Source: Patescibacteria group bacterium
GTDB lineage: Bacteria > Patescibacteriota > Patescibacteriia > UBA2591 > UBA6264
NCBI GenBank assembly: GCA_016784145.1
Contig: JADHVF010000002.1
Span: 112,357 to 176,356 of the forward strand
Reading direction: 5' to 3'
DNA length: 64,000 nucleotides
Notes under the pieces: generated by a model
The model's database searches: none
What the model was told of the DNA's origin: nothing
The model's input: the letters and a program-made list of their open reading frames with translations, nothing else
Program-made: the position numbers and the translations under genes
Part shown: positions 48,220 to 58,053 of the stretch, piece after piece
Layout: each line of letters begins with the position of its first letter
Position numbering within the stretch: position 1 is the stretch's first letter

Positions 48220-49002
48220 TTATTTTTTTGGATTAGAAAGGATAAAAACAGTTTGCCAGGCCAGCCATTTTATAATTGGAATTCTAAGTATTATTGAATC
48301 AATTTTTTCAAAAAATGTTAAAACAAAATTAAATATTTTTAAATTTCGAAAAGGTACAGCTAATACAGTAAAAAGGTGAAAGAATTTAATATCATCAATT
48401 TTGTTGAAATATTTTTTTGCATCCATTATAGCTTTTTTGTTCAAAATATGGTTCATTTCCCATTTTGTTCTTAAATGGGGTGTTAATTTTCTATATAAAT
48501 GAAAAATTGGATTATATACAAGCGGTTCATTACATATGATTTTCCCATTTGGTTTAATAACCCTTTTTAATTCTATATATGCTTTGTTTATGTCAAGATG
48601 ATGTAACATTCCAATGCATGTAATAATATCAAAATAATTATCTGGGAATTCAAGCTTTTCAGCATCCATAATTAAAAAAATTGGCTTCTTTTTGATATTA
48701 TTATTGGCTGCTGATTTTTTACAATTTTGAATAGAGACATCAGAGATATCTATGCCAAATGAATAAGCATTATTTTTTGCTAAAAAAATAGCCATATCCC
48801 CATCTCCACAACAATAATCTAGTGTTTTTTTATTAGAACAGTTTTTAATTAACCAATTATTAACAAAATTTCTACTTTTTCTAGTGATTGAATATATTTT
48901 TTTATTTGAAGTTAAGTGTTTATGTTGAGATGCATTCTTTTCTAATTTTTTATCTCTGACTTTGTTATGAAATGTTTTTTCTTCATGTTTTCTTTTTTCC
49001 AT
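48220..49002 (-). CDS. Class I SAM-dependent methyltransferase (paralog B)
   Basis: SAM motif LDYCCGDGDMAIFLAKNNAYSFGIDIS; paralogous to the ORF at 46155-46934. Confidence 0.8.
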   Translation of the reverse strand: MEKRKHEEKTFHNKVRDKKLEKNASQHKHLTSNKKIYSITRKSRNFVNNWLIKNCSNKKTLDYCCGDGDMAIFLAKNNAYSFGIDISDVSIQNCKKSAANNNIKKKPIFLIMDAEKLEFPDNYFDIITCIGMLHHLDINKAYIELKRVIKPNGKIICNEPLVYNPIFHLYRKLTPHLRTKWEMNHILNKKAIMDAKKYFNKIDDIKFFHLFTVLAVPFRNLKIFNFVLTFFEKIDSIILRIPIIKWLAWQTVFILSNPKK

Positions 49003-49006
49003 ATTT

Positions 49007-50011
49007 TTATTTTAAAGATAATTTAATTAATCCAATTAATGCCCCCATGGCATAACCAAAATGACGACAAGCAAAAGTAATAGGCATTAAAATCAAATAT
49101 TTTATATTTTTTTCTTTATAGGCAATATTAATAGAAAAAAATAGATTTAATAATAAATACAATATAATTATAAACGAGAATAAAAACCAGCTAAAAGAAT
49201 AAAAAATTCCTAATAATCCAGTAAATGTTAAATACAAAACAAAAATTAAAGGGATATAATGTCTTGCTTTAAAAGGTAATTTAACGAATTTTAATGGATA
49301 AATAGACCAAATGCCATCTTGAATATTATGAATAAAAAATTCTTTTAAAGTTGATTTTGGATAGTAGCATGATATTATATCTGGATTTAGAATAATTTTT
49401 CCACCAGCTTTTTTTAATCTTATATTTAATTCCATATCCTGACTTCTCACAAGATTTTCGTTAAATAGTCCAATTTTTTTAAATACATCCTTTTGATAAC
49501 ATCCACCAAATACAGTGTCAACTTCTTTAATTTTACTTAATCCTTTTCTAAAATGTGAACCACCTACGCCAAAAAAACCAGAAAGACAAGTAACAATGGC
49601 TTTAGCTGAAATAGTATTTTCTCGTGGGATTGTTTTTAATATTCCACCGATATTGTCAGCATTATATTCAATTAAAGTTTCAACGCATTTAGAAACATAA
49701 TTTTTTTTATATCCAGCATGAGCATCCATTATCATTGTAATTTCTCCTTTTGCTTTTTCTATGCCAATATTTAGCGCAAATGGTTTGGTTATTTTTTTGT
49801 TAATTAATAATTGAATAGAATGATATTTTTTAGAATATTCTTTTATGATCGACCTTGTTTTGTCATTACTCATTCCATCAATCACTAAAACTTCTATTTT
49901 ATTTTTAAGATAGTTTTGCCAAAGAATAGAATCTAGGCATTTTTTAATAAATTTTTCTTCATTTCTGCAAGGAATTATTATTGAAACAAATGGTAATTTA
50001 TCTTTATTCAT
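49007..50011 (-). CDS. Family-2 glycosyltransferase with a C-terminal membrane anchor
   Basis: VSIIIPCRNEE, DGMSNDKT (DxD), and C-terminal TM helices. Confidence 0.8.
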   Translation of the reverse strand: MNKDKLPFVSIIIPCRNEEKFIKKCLDSILWQNYLKNKIEVLVIDGMSNDKTRSIIKEYSKKYHSIQLLINKKITKPFALNIGIEKAKGEITMIMDAHAGYKKNYVSKCVETLIEYNADNIGGILKTIPRENTISAKAIVTCLSGFFGVGGSHFRKGLSKIKEVDTVFGGCYQKDVFKKIGLFNENLVRSQDMELNIRLKKAGGKIILNPDIISCYYPKSTLKEFFIHNIQDGIWSIYPLKFVKLPFKARHYIPLIFVLYLTFTGLLGIFYSFSWFLFSFIIILYLLLNLFFSINIAYKEKNIKYLILMPITFACRHFGYAMGALIGLIKLSLK

Positions 50012-50013
50012 AT

Positions 50014-51246
50014 TTATTTTTCAAAAATGATATTTATATTTTTTATTTCAAGCCAGTTTTTTTTGTTTTTAGGTTGATAGTTAATTCCAATACTAATATT
50101 AGAAATGCCAGGCCTAAATTTTTTCTTAATAGAATATTTCTTCCATTCAAGAGAATTTATTATGGTTGAATTTCTTTCCCATTCGTCTGTTTTGTCTTGA
50201 ATAAAAATTGAAGCAGAGGTTTTGTCTGATGATATTCTGGCAAAAACATTGAATGTCGCAATAATATTCTCTGGGCTTTGAATGTTTCCGCCATTAATTC
50301 CAAATTGAATAACAGATTGTTCAGAAGTATGTGGTTTTATTAATTGTATTTTTACAATATTATCATTTTTTTCTTTTGTTCTTTGAAAGGAAAAATTTCC
50401 TCTATTTCCTGACAAAATTAATGGAGGAGATGTTTTGGTTAATTCTTCCATTGTTATTTTATCAGGTCCACTCCATATAGAAAAATCATTTTTATATTCA
50501 TCAATTTTTATTAGATTTTTTTTATTTTGTGATATATCTAGTATGAATAATGTTTTTCCATTGTGTTTTATACTTTTTATTTTTTGAGCAGAAGGAAAAT
50601 ATCTATAGATAATTTTTTCATTGTCTGTTAAAACTTGATTTCCATTAATTTTGTCTAAAAGATTAGTTTCTTTTTTTATAAATGATATATTTTTTTTAAT
50701 TAAGTTTTCATTTAGATATTGTGACTTGTATTTAGCGTCAAATATTCTTTTATATTTTTCATCAAAAAATATTCTATATATCCATAAAATGCGATCTGAA
50801 TTATTATGTTTGTTCCATTCTTCAATATAGATGCTAAATTTTTTATCTGGAACCATATTTAAAATAGGAGCATTTTGATAAAAGAAATTGGATTCTTCTC
50901 TATCAAAATCAGCTTTTTTAAAGGCAAGGCCTCCATTAAAAAATGAAAGTAGAAAAGAAGAAATAAAAATAAATAAAATTAATGATTTGGTTGTTTTTGA
51001 TATTAAAAGATAAATTAAAGCGCCAAATAAAATTATTGGACCAAATGAATATAATTTATTAATTATTGTTGGATAATTTAATAAGGTTGACCCATAAATA
51101 TCAAGCGGTTGCAAGTAATTGTAACTATAATTAAATGTTTTTACAGGACTATATTTAATCCCAATTTTAATCCCAAGCACTATTAAAATTAATGTTAAGA
51201 TTAAAACAATAGTTAGTAAATGCTTGCTGATATTTTTTTTATTCAT
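50014..51246 (-). CDS. Hypothetical membrane protein (three N-terminal TM helices plus a roughly 300-aa extracytoplasmic domain); possibly the periplasmic partner or domain of the adjacent GT-C glycosyltransferase
   Basis: Hydrophobic helices at about residues 10-27, 67-83 and 88-105. It overlaps the upstream gene by 8 nt. No recognisable catalytic motifs. Confidence 0.4.
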   Translation of the reverse strand: MNKKNISKHLLTIVLILTLILIVLGIKIGIKYSPVKTFNYSYNYLQPLDIYGSTLLNYPTIINKLYSFGPIILFGALIYLLISKTTKSLILFIFISSFLLSFFNGGLAFKKADFDREESNFFYQNAPILNMVPDKKFSIYIEEWNKHNNSDRILWIYRIFFDEKYKRIFDAKYKSQYLNENLIKKNISFIKKETNLLDKINGNQVLTDNEKIIYRYFPSAQKIKSIKHNGKTLFILDISQNKKNLIKIDEYKNDFSIWSGPDKITMEELTKTSPPLILSGNRGNFSFQRTKEKNDNIVKIQLIKPHTSEQSVIQFGINGGNIQSPENIIATFNVFARISSDKTSASIFIQDKTDEWERNSTIINSLEWKKYSIKKKFRPGISNISIGINYQPKNKKNWLEIKNINIIFEK

Positions 51247-52261
51247 TTTTGGTTGTATTTTTAATTAAATCAGATAAATATATCGCTAATCCTAGACAAG
51301 TAAATACGTAGGCTGTATAAATATAGCTAGGAATAGCTGGTCCATTTGCCTTTAATATGCTTATAATGATTATATTTCCCCAAGCAAAAAGAAATAAATT
51401 TCTAGTTTTTTCTTTTTTATATGCTTTAACAACAATAAACAATGCAATTAGAGGGAAATATTTGATTGACAATAGAGTTTTATAAAAATATCCAGCATTA
51501 GTACCATAATGAGGGTTATTTATTGCATTAATATTAGAAATAAGACCATTGTTCCCAAAAAAGAATTGATTATATACATTTACAAAAGATTGCCAATTAT
51601 ATAATGAAATAAATAGTAAAACGATAATAATGGTTCCTAAGATCATGCCAGTTATAAATTGTTTTAATTTTTTCCAATCTTTTTTATAAATAATATGTCC
51701 AAGAAAAAATAGGGGAGCCATTATTCCAGTTGCTTTTGTTAGTGTTGCCAATGAAGCAAATATTCCTGAAATTAAGATTGAGTTAAAATATTTTTTTTCT
51801 TTTATGTTTGAAAAATAAAAGAAAAATGAGATTAAGCAATAAAGAGCGACTGTTTGGTCTGGATATAAATATGTTCCCCAGCCAAGCATTAAATAAGAAG
51901 AATTTATAAATAAGCCAATTAATAATGATGCCCATATCCCTGATTTTTTAAAAGCCCAAAGCATTGATATGGATAAAATTAGAGAATTAATGAATCCTAT
52001 ATATACCATCCCTGCAATATATATTTTTGAAAAGAAAATCGTGAATAATTTAAGATTTACTGCCAGGCTTATTCTGTCTAGCCAAGGCCAATATCCATAT
52101 GTTGTCCCCCAGGCAGCAGATCCTAGATATTGCAATGGGTCTGATGGAGTTGGTAGGGTCCAAAAATATTTTATTAAGTGAGTAATGTATAATATAACAA
52201 ACAAAAGTAATACCATGTATATTTGTTTATTATTATTTGTAATTTTGCTTATAATTTTCAT
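51239..52261 (-). CDS. GT-C-fold polytopic membrane glycosyltransferase (ArnT/PMT_2-like)
   Basis: About ten TM helices. The first extracytoplasmic loop carries an acidic PSDP motif, and the length and layout fit the TM core of PMT_2 / GT39 / GT83 proteins. Confidence 0.5.
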   Translation of the reverse strand: MKIISKITNNNKQIYMVLLLFVILYITHLIKYFWTLPTPSDPLQYLGSAAWGTTYGYWPWLDRISLAVNLKLFTIFFSKIYIAGMVYIGFINSLILSISMLWAFKKSGIWASLLIGLFINSSYLMLGWGTYLYPDQTVALYCLISFFFYFSNIKEKKYFNSILISGIFASLATLTKATGIMAPLFFLGHIIYKKDWKKLKQFITGMILGTIIIVLLFISLYNWQSFVNVYNQFFFGNNGLISNINAINNPHYGTNAGYFYKTLLSIKYFPLIALFIVVKAYKKEKTRNLFLFAWGNIIIISILKANGPAIPSYIYTAYVFTCLGLAIYLSDLIKNTTKNE

Positions 52262-52262
52262 T

Positions 52263-54263
52263 TTATTTGTTATAAAGTTTTGGAATTGAATTTATTATTT
52301 TTAATGTTTTTTCAAAATCAATTTTTATAGTATTACAATACCATTTAATTGATTCATATCTTGGCCTATTTTCGTCTTCAGCCAACATTAATGCTTTTTC
52401 CCTAGTAATTACTCCTTCTCTAATTTGATTACTTCTAAATGTATTATTTTCAGTAAACCCAGCTACTATATAATAAATATAATTATAAAATGCTACTGTG
52501 CCATCACCAATTCGCCAGGTATTTTTTGTATGTGGATCTGTTTCCCAGTCATATTCTTCAATAAGTGTTTTATTTATTTTTCTCTCTTCCCACTTTATAA
52601 AATTATAAATATTAATATTTTGATGTTTAATTAGATAGTAGGACTTAAAGGCGTCTATGGTATCGAATAGCGAAGAATTAAGATATGCCGGATTTAATAT
52701 GTATTCTTTCCCATAAAAATAAAGCATTTTTAATTTATTTTTAGAGGTAAGAGCGTATGTATTTTTTTTGTCAAAATTTGGCTTAATTTTACATAAACCA
52801 GATTTAAAATTAGTTGTTTCTAATAAGTTTTCTCCAAGAATAGAAATTTTTAAATTATTTTGTTTCATAAGAAGATTGGCATAGTAGAAATATTTTTTAT
52901 CCCCAGCCATAAATAAAGGGATTGTTCCAAGGTTTGGCCTTTTTATCCAAGCTAATATATTTTTTTTAATATTTTCCCTTTTTTTTCTAATATCAGCAGA
53001 AATTAAAATATGCTCTATTCCCAGTTTTCCACAAATTCTTGATTGATTCCTTCTGCCCAAATCAGTTATCATTCCCCAGTCATAAGAATAAGCTAATGGG
53101 TTCATTTTTAATTCTTTTTTTAGAAAATGAAGCATATAGCTACTATCTCTCCCTCCACTAAAGGGAACTAGACAATCATGTCGGCTGTTTGGTTTTTGAT
53201 ATTTTTTAAGAATATTTTTTAAATTCTGTTTTCCTTGATAGTTTATTTTAAAATATTTATTGCAATAATTACAAACGCCATTTTTATCAAAATAAATATA
53301 AGGAAAGGTTTCAGGGAGTATACATTGTTTGCAATATTTTATTTTAGAAATTTCTTTTTTTCTTTGTTGGTATGTTTTATAAAATTGATTTGAAATATTT
53401 TGAGCATTATACTCAAAACTGGTGTTAATGTATTTGTCTTTCTTTTTTGAAATTACAGCAATATCTTTTATTTTTCTAGGGACAGATAATGTCTTAATAT
53501 TTGTAAAATTTTGACAGGCTTTAATGTTTGTTTTTTCGTGTTTTATTTTTTTTAAATCTAGCAAAAGATATTCTCCTGCTTTTAATTGAGTGATATTTTT
53601 TTCAGAAAAGTAATTATTTAATTTATTTTTTTTAATGAATTTTTTTAATATATAAAATTCTGACGCAAAAGCAAATATATTGTTTGATTCATCTAAAAGA
53701 TAATATAAAGAACCGTTATTTGTAGCCAGGAGTAAATTATTTAAATTATTAAATAAAATTGCGACAGAAGTCATCCCATAAATTTTATTGAATAATATCT
53801 TTATTGTTTCTGATAAATTTTTATTATTATTTAGTTCAGAAGAAATAATTACAGGAATTATTTCAGTGTCTAATTGGCTTTGTTTTATTTCTTTTGAGTA
53901 GTCTCTCCAGAGGTCTTTAGTATTTACAATTATGCCATTATGGATAACAGCTAGTTTGTTTTTAATTACGGGCTGATTATTTTTATTTTCATGTTCGTAC
54001 CCATCGGTTACTAGTCGCGAGTGTCCAATACATCCAATAAAATTTTTGTTTATTTTAGCAAAACATTTATTAAATGATTTGCTTTTTATAAAATAACGTG
54101 CCCTGTTAGGAGTTTTGCATACATTTATTTTTTTATCATCAATCAAAGCAATTCCAGATGCTTCCTTCCCTCTTGATTCAGATAAAATAAAAAGACTTTT
54201 TATTAGTTTTTTTTGTTTAAAATTAGTTTTTTCTTTTGTTATAACACCAAATATTCCACACAT
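52263..54263 (-). CDS. Asparagine synthetase B-like glutamine-dependent amidotransferase (WbpS/AsnB family)
   Basis: The N-terminus MCGIFG has the catalytic Cys2 of class II amidotransferases. PP-loop LVPFSGGRDSS; 666 aa. Confidence 0.85.
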   Translation of the reverse strand: MCGIFGVITKEKTNFKQKKLIKSLFILSESRGKEASGIALIDDKKINVCKTPNRARYFIKSKSFNKCFAKINKNFIGCIGHSRLVTDGYEHENKNNQPVIKNKLAVIHNGIIVNTKDLWRDYSKEIKQSQLDTEIIPVIISSELNNNKNLSETIKILFNKIYGMTSVAILFNNLNNLLLATNNGSLYYLLDESNNIFAFASEFYILKKFIKKNKLNNYFSEKNITQLKAGEYLLLDLKKIKHEKTNIKACQNFTNIKTLSVPRKIKDIAVISKKKDKYINTSFEYNAQNISNQFYKTYQQRKKEISKIKYCKQCILPETFPYIYFDKNGVCNYCNKYFKINYQGKQNLKNILKKYQKPNSRHDCLVPFSGGRDSSYMLHFLKKELKMNPLAYSYDWGMITDLGRRNQSRICGKLGIEHILISADIRKKRENIKKNILAWIKRPNLGTIPLFMAGDKKYFYYANLLMKQNNLKISILGENLLETTNFKSGLCKIKPNFDKKNTYALTSKNKLKMLYFYGKEYILNPAYLNSSLFDTIDAFKSYYLIKHQNINIYNFIKWEERKINKTLIEEYDWETDPHTKNTWRIGDGTVAFYNYIYYIVAGFTENNTFRSNQIREGVITREKALMLAEDENRPRYESIKWYCNTIKIDFEKTLKIINSIPKLYNK

Positions 54264-54267
54264 AATT

Positions 54268-55554
54268 TTAAATTTTTATTTTTAATTTTTTCCAAGTAAA
54301 AATTTTTAAATAAAGAATGCCTAAGATAAATGACGTTCCAGTAGCTATTGCGGCTCCATACATTCCAAAAACAGGGATAAGTATTAAATTTAAGATAATA
54401 TTACTTATAAAAAATAAAGATACAAAAAATGTTTGATACCCAGGAAATCCTGTTTGTGTAAGAAGCATTCTGAAAGGGGCATAGCCAACACAGATAATTT
54501 GAAACAAAATTAAAATAGAGAATATTGGCCATGCTTTTGAAAATTCGGTTTTTATTTTTAATAAGGAAAGCATTAGAGGAAAGAGAAAAATAGATAACAC
54601 CCCTATAGGAAACATAATTTTATATGTAAGATTTCTTCCACTAGATATTAAAGATTTTAATGCTTGTTTTGTTTTTTTAAATTTGTATCTAGCTAAAAGA
54701 GGATTAATATTTATTTTAAAAGCAGCTGTTAGCTGGTCAAATCCTTCAGCCAATATTGCAGCTAAGCTATAGATGCCAACAGTACTGTCTGATACAAAAA
54801 AGCCCAACATAATAATATCAGTTCTTGTGTTTAAGTCTAGTAAAGCATGTCCTAGCAATCCTTTGACGCCAAATTTAATGTGTTTAATAATCCATTGTAT
54901 TATTTTTTTAGAAAAAGAATATTTTATAAATTTAATACTATAAATAAAAAGTATAACAAAAGTAATTCCTTCAGCTAAAGAAAATATAACAGGCAATTTA
55001 TTTACATCAATTTTTAAATAGATGAAAAGAATAAGAGATAGTAATAATAAACAAAATCTTATTATATTTATGCTTGCATAAAATTTCATTTTGCGACAAG
55101 CATTATAAAATGATAAATATATTTTGTTTATTGCTAGGAAGAATAGCCCAGGTAATCCATAATAAATACCAATACTAACAGATGGGCTATTTAGCAGAAT
55201 GCCAATAAAGTCTTTTAGCCAAAAGACAGATATTGAAATTAAAAAAGAAATAATAATAGTTAAATACAAGGAAGACGAAAATATAATATTTTTTTTATTG
55301 TAATCAGTATGGAATTGAGAAACATTTTTCAAGACAGATAGATGGATTCCTGCTACAGAAAGTTGAGAGAAAAAAATAAAAAAAGCATATACTTGATTAA
55401 AAACTCCAAGGACCGAAGTATTGTAGAATTTAGCAATAATAATGTTTAATAAAATTCCAATTATTCCCATTATTACGAAGCTTAAAATATTCCAACTAAC
55501 ATCAATATTAAATTTTTGAGAAGTTGGTATTTTATTTAAAATTTTTTTTAACAT
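54268..55554 (-). CDS. wzx: Oligosaccharide flippase (Wzx, MOP superfamily)
   Basis: About 12 TM helices in 428 aa, with the polysaccharide-biosynthesis-protein N-terminal pattern; it sits inside the glycan cluster. Confidence 0.7.
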   Translation of the reverse strand: MLKKILNKIPTSQKFNIDVSWNILSFVIMGIIGILLNIIIAKFYNTSVLGVFNQVYAFFIFFSQLSVAGIHLSVLKNVSQFHTDYNKKNIIFSSSLYLTIIISFLISISVFWLKDFIGILLNSPSVSIGIYYGLPGLFFLAINKIYLSFYNACRKMKFYASINIIRFCLLLLSLILFIYLKIDVNKLPVIFSLAEGITFVILFIYSIKFIKYSFSKKIIQWIIKHIKFGVKGLLGHALLDLNTRTDIIMLGFFVSDSTVGIYSLAAILAEGFDQLTAAFKININPLLARYKFKKTKQALKSLISSGRNLTYKIMFPIGVLSIFLFPLMLSLLKIKTEFSKAWPIFSILILFQIICVGYAPFRMLLTQTGFPGYQTFFVSLFFISNIILNLILIPVFGMYGAAIATGTSFILGILYLKIFTWKKLKIKI

Positions 55555-55564
55555 AAAATACTTT

Positions 55565-56122
55565 TTATTCTCTTTTTTTAATTACCTTGCATGGTACACC
55601 AACAGCGATTGAATATGGAGGAATATTCTTAGTAACAACAGCCCCTGCTCCAATTATTGATCCTTTTCCAATTTTTACTCCTTTGTTTATAATGACATGT
55701 CCTCCAATCCAAACATCGTCTTCAATAATTACTTTTCCTATAATAAATCCTTGTTCAGCGATTAATTTATCAGAATCTGTTTTATGGTCAGCAGTATTAA
55801 TCATTGTTCTAGCTGCGATTCTTACTCCTTTGCCAATCTTTACTTCCCCTGTTCCATCAATGATTACCCCTTCATTTAAAGAACACTTTTCTCCAATTTT
55901 TACATTCCAGGGGAAATAAATATTAACCATTTCTCCGATATAAGATGTTTTTAAATTTCTTCCCATGAATAATTTTAAAACAAGATAACGAAGATAATTA
56001 CATAAAGGGAATGGAATATATTTAACCATTCCATACAAAGCAAAATAAATTGCATGAATGAAATAATTTTTAAAATTATGCATTTTATTTCTTGGAAGAT
56101 ATTTTGTTTTTTTTGAATTCAT
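55565..56122 (-). CDS. Hexapeptide-repeat (left-handed beta-helix) acyl/acetyltransferase
   Basis: C-terminal hexad repeats ([42 protein letters not shown]) and a terminal ...GVPCKVIKK. The probable start is the Met at 56122, not 56215. Confidence 0.8.
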   Translation of the reverse strand: MNSKKTKYLPRNKMHNFKNYFIHAIYFALYGMVKYIPFPLCNYLRYLVLKLFMGRNLKTSYIGEMVNIYFPWNVKIGEKCSLNEGVIIDGTGEVKIGKGVRIAARTMINTADHKTDSDKLIAEQGFIIGKVIIEDDVWIGGHVIINKGVKIGKGSIIGAGAVVTKNIPPYSIAVGVPCKVIKKRE

Positions 56123-56127
56123 TTTTA

Positions 56128-57081
56128 TTATTTTTTTGTTAATTTTTTGTTGTCTTCCATGTCTAGCCACATTCCAAAAAAGAAGGAAAAAAAACCCATC
56201 ATTATGGAAAAACAAAGAATAATTAATGTAGTTTTTGGAGCTTCGTTTAATTTGAAAAATAAGTAAAAAAACCTGATCATTAATGGCATGGAAATAAGGA
56301 AGATGTTAATAAAGCTAAACAGGTAAAAAAATATTAATGGATGAAATTCTCTTACAAGATATTTATGAGTCATTCTTCTTAAATATAGTATTAGAAGAAG
56401 ATAACTAACCTTGGGAATATAAGTTATTAATTTTATTTTGCTTTTTTCTTCTCCGTAAATTGGCTTAACTTCAACATCTTGCACTTTAATGTTTGCAAGA
56501 TTTAACATATTTAGAATGTCTGCATTATATCCATATCCTTTTGTCATTTTTTTAATATTTATTGATTCGAGGGCTTGAAGCGAAATAGCAGTATATCCAC
56601 ATTGTGGGTCGATTAAACTCCAGTATCCGGTTGCGAATTTAGTAAGCAATGTTAAAAAAGAATTGCCAATTAATCGATGCATTGGCATGATTTTACTAAT
56701 ATTATGAGTTAATAGACGATTTCCTTTAACATAGCCGATATTTTTTTTAATAATTGGTTCAATGATTTTATGTAAATCATCTGGGTCCATTTGAGCATCG
56801 CCTGCCATAATAGCGATAATATCTATTTTTAATTCAATGCTTTTTAAGTAGCCATCTATCAAAGACTGTCCAAGTCCTTGATTTTTTTTATGATTAATTA
56901 AGATAATTCTTTTATCTTGATTCTTATATCCTTCAATAATATTTTTTGTTTTGTCTTTGCTAAAATCATTGACGACAATAATTTTGTCTACAAAGTTAGG
57001 GATAGTTGCTAGAGTTTTTTCAATTAATTTTTCCTCGTTGTATGCTGGTACAACTACTCCAATAGATTTATTTTTCAACAT
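56128..57081 (-). CDS. Polyprenyl-phosphate glycosyltransferase (GT2, ArnC/GtrB/DPM1-like) with C-terminal TM helices
   Basis: [11 protein letters not shown], DxD (GDAQMDPDD), and two C-terminal TM helices typical of GtrB/ArnC. Confidence 0.8.
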   Translation of the reverse strand: MLKNKSIGVVVPAYNEEKLIEKTLATIPNFVDKIIVVNDFSKDKTKNIIEGYKNQDKRIILINHKKNQGLGQSLIDGYLKSIELKIDIIAIMAGDAQMDPDDLHKIIEPIIKKNIGYVKGNRLLTHNISKIMPMHRLIGNSFLTLLTKFATGYWSLIDPQCGYTAISLQALESINIKKMTKGYGYNADILNMLNLANIKVQDVEVKPIYGEEKSKIKLITYIPKVSYLLLILYLRRMTHKYLVREFHPLIFFYLFSFINIFLISMPLMIRFFYLFFKLNEAPKTTLIILCFSIMMGFFSFFFGMWLDMEDNKKLTKK

Positions 57082-57087
57082 ATCTTT

Positions 57088-58050
57088 TTATTTGTTTAAA
57101 TATTTTTTAAGCCAATTAATAGTTGTTTTTAATCCTTTCTCAAAGTTAGTATTAAAATTGAATCCTAATTTTTTTAATTTAGAGTTATCAATGTCAAATA
57201 TTTTTATGTCTCCGGGAGTCCATTCAGTATATTTAATTTTTAGATCAGATTTATTTAGTTGGTTTAATATTTTATCAGCTAATTCTTTAATTGTTACTTT
57301 GATGCCAGAGGCACAGTTATAAACTTCTCCTTTGGTTTCTTTTTTCTGAGCAACTAAAAGGTTAATAGCAGCGATATCTTTAACATAGGTAAATGATCTT
57401 TGCTGTGTTCCATCTCCAAAAATAATAGGGGGTTGATTGTTTAGTGCTTTTCGTCCGAAAATAGATACAACTCCACCAACATCACTAGATTCTTGTCTAG
57501 GCCCATAAACATGGAAATAACGAAGAATCGTAATATCCATATTATAAAGATGCTCAAATGCTTTGGCATATCTTTCTCCTGCTAATTTGCTCACCCCATA
57601 ATATGAGGTTGGATTTAATGGGTGCTTTTCATCTTGAGGAAAATATTGCGCTTCTCCATAAACTGAACCAGTTGAGGCATGTACAACTTTTTTTACTCCA
57701 AAATCTCTGGACAATTCTAATATATTAAAAGTCCCTTTTCCATTAACTTCAAGATCTCTTCTAGGGTCTTTTAGACAAATCGTTTTTTTAGAAGCCGCTT
57801 CATGAAAGACGATGTCAATATTTTTAAAATATTTTTTTAAATTATTATAATCAGTTACATCACATTTTACAGCTTTAAATAATTTATTGTCTTTAAATTT
57901 ATTCAAGTTTTCTTTTTTACCAGCGCTGTAATCATCAATACTAATAACTTGTACTCCTAGATTTAGAAGTTCTTCAATTATATGACTACCAATAAATCCT
58001 GCTCCGCCAGTCACAATTGCTTTTTTATAAAGAAATTTTATTTTTTTCAT
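57088..58050 (-). CDS. NAD-dependent nucleotide-sugar epimerase/dehydratase (SDR, GalE/UXS-like)
   Basis: AIVTGGAGFIGSH, the YxxxK catalytic motif (YGVSKLAGE), about 320 aa. Confidence 0.85.
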   Translation of the reverse strand: MKKIKFLYKKAIVTGGAGFIGSHIIEELLNLGVQVISIDDYSAGKKENLNKFKDNKLFKAVKCDVTDYNNLKKYFKNIDIVFHEAASKKTICLKDPRRDLEVNGKGTFNILELSRDFGVKKVVHASTGSVYGEAQYFPQDEKHPLNPTSYYGVSKLAGERYAKAFEHLYNMDITILRYFHVYGPRQESSDVGGVVSIFGRKALNNQPPIIFGDGTQQRSFTYVKDIAAINLLVAQKKETKGEVYNCASGIKVTIKELADKILNQLNKSDLKIKYTEWTPGDIKIFDIDNSKLKKLGFNFNTNFEKGLKTTINWLKKYLNK

Positions 58051-58053
58051 AGT

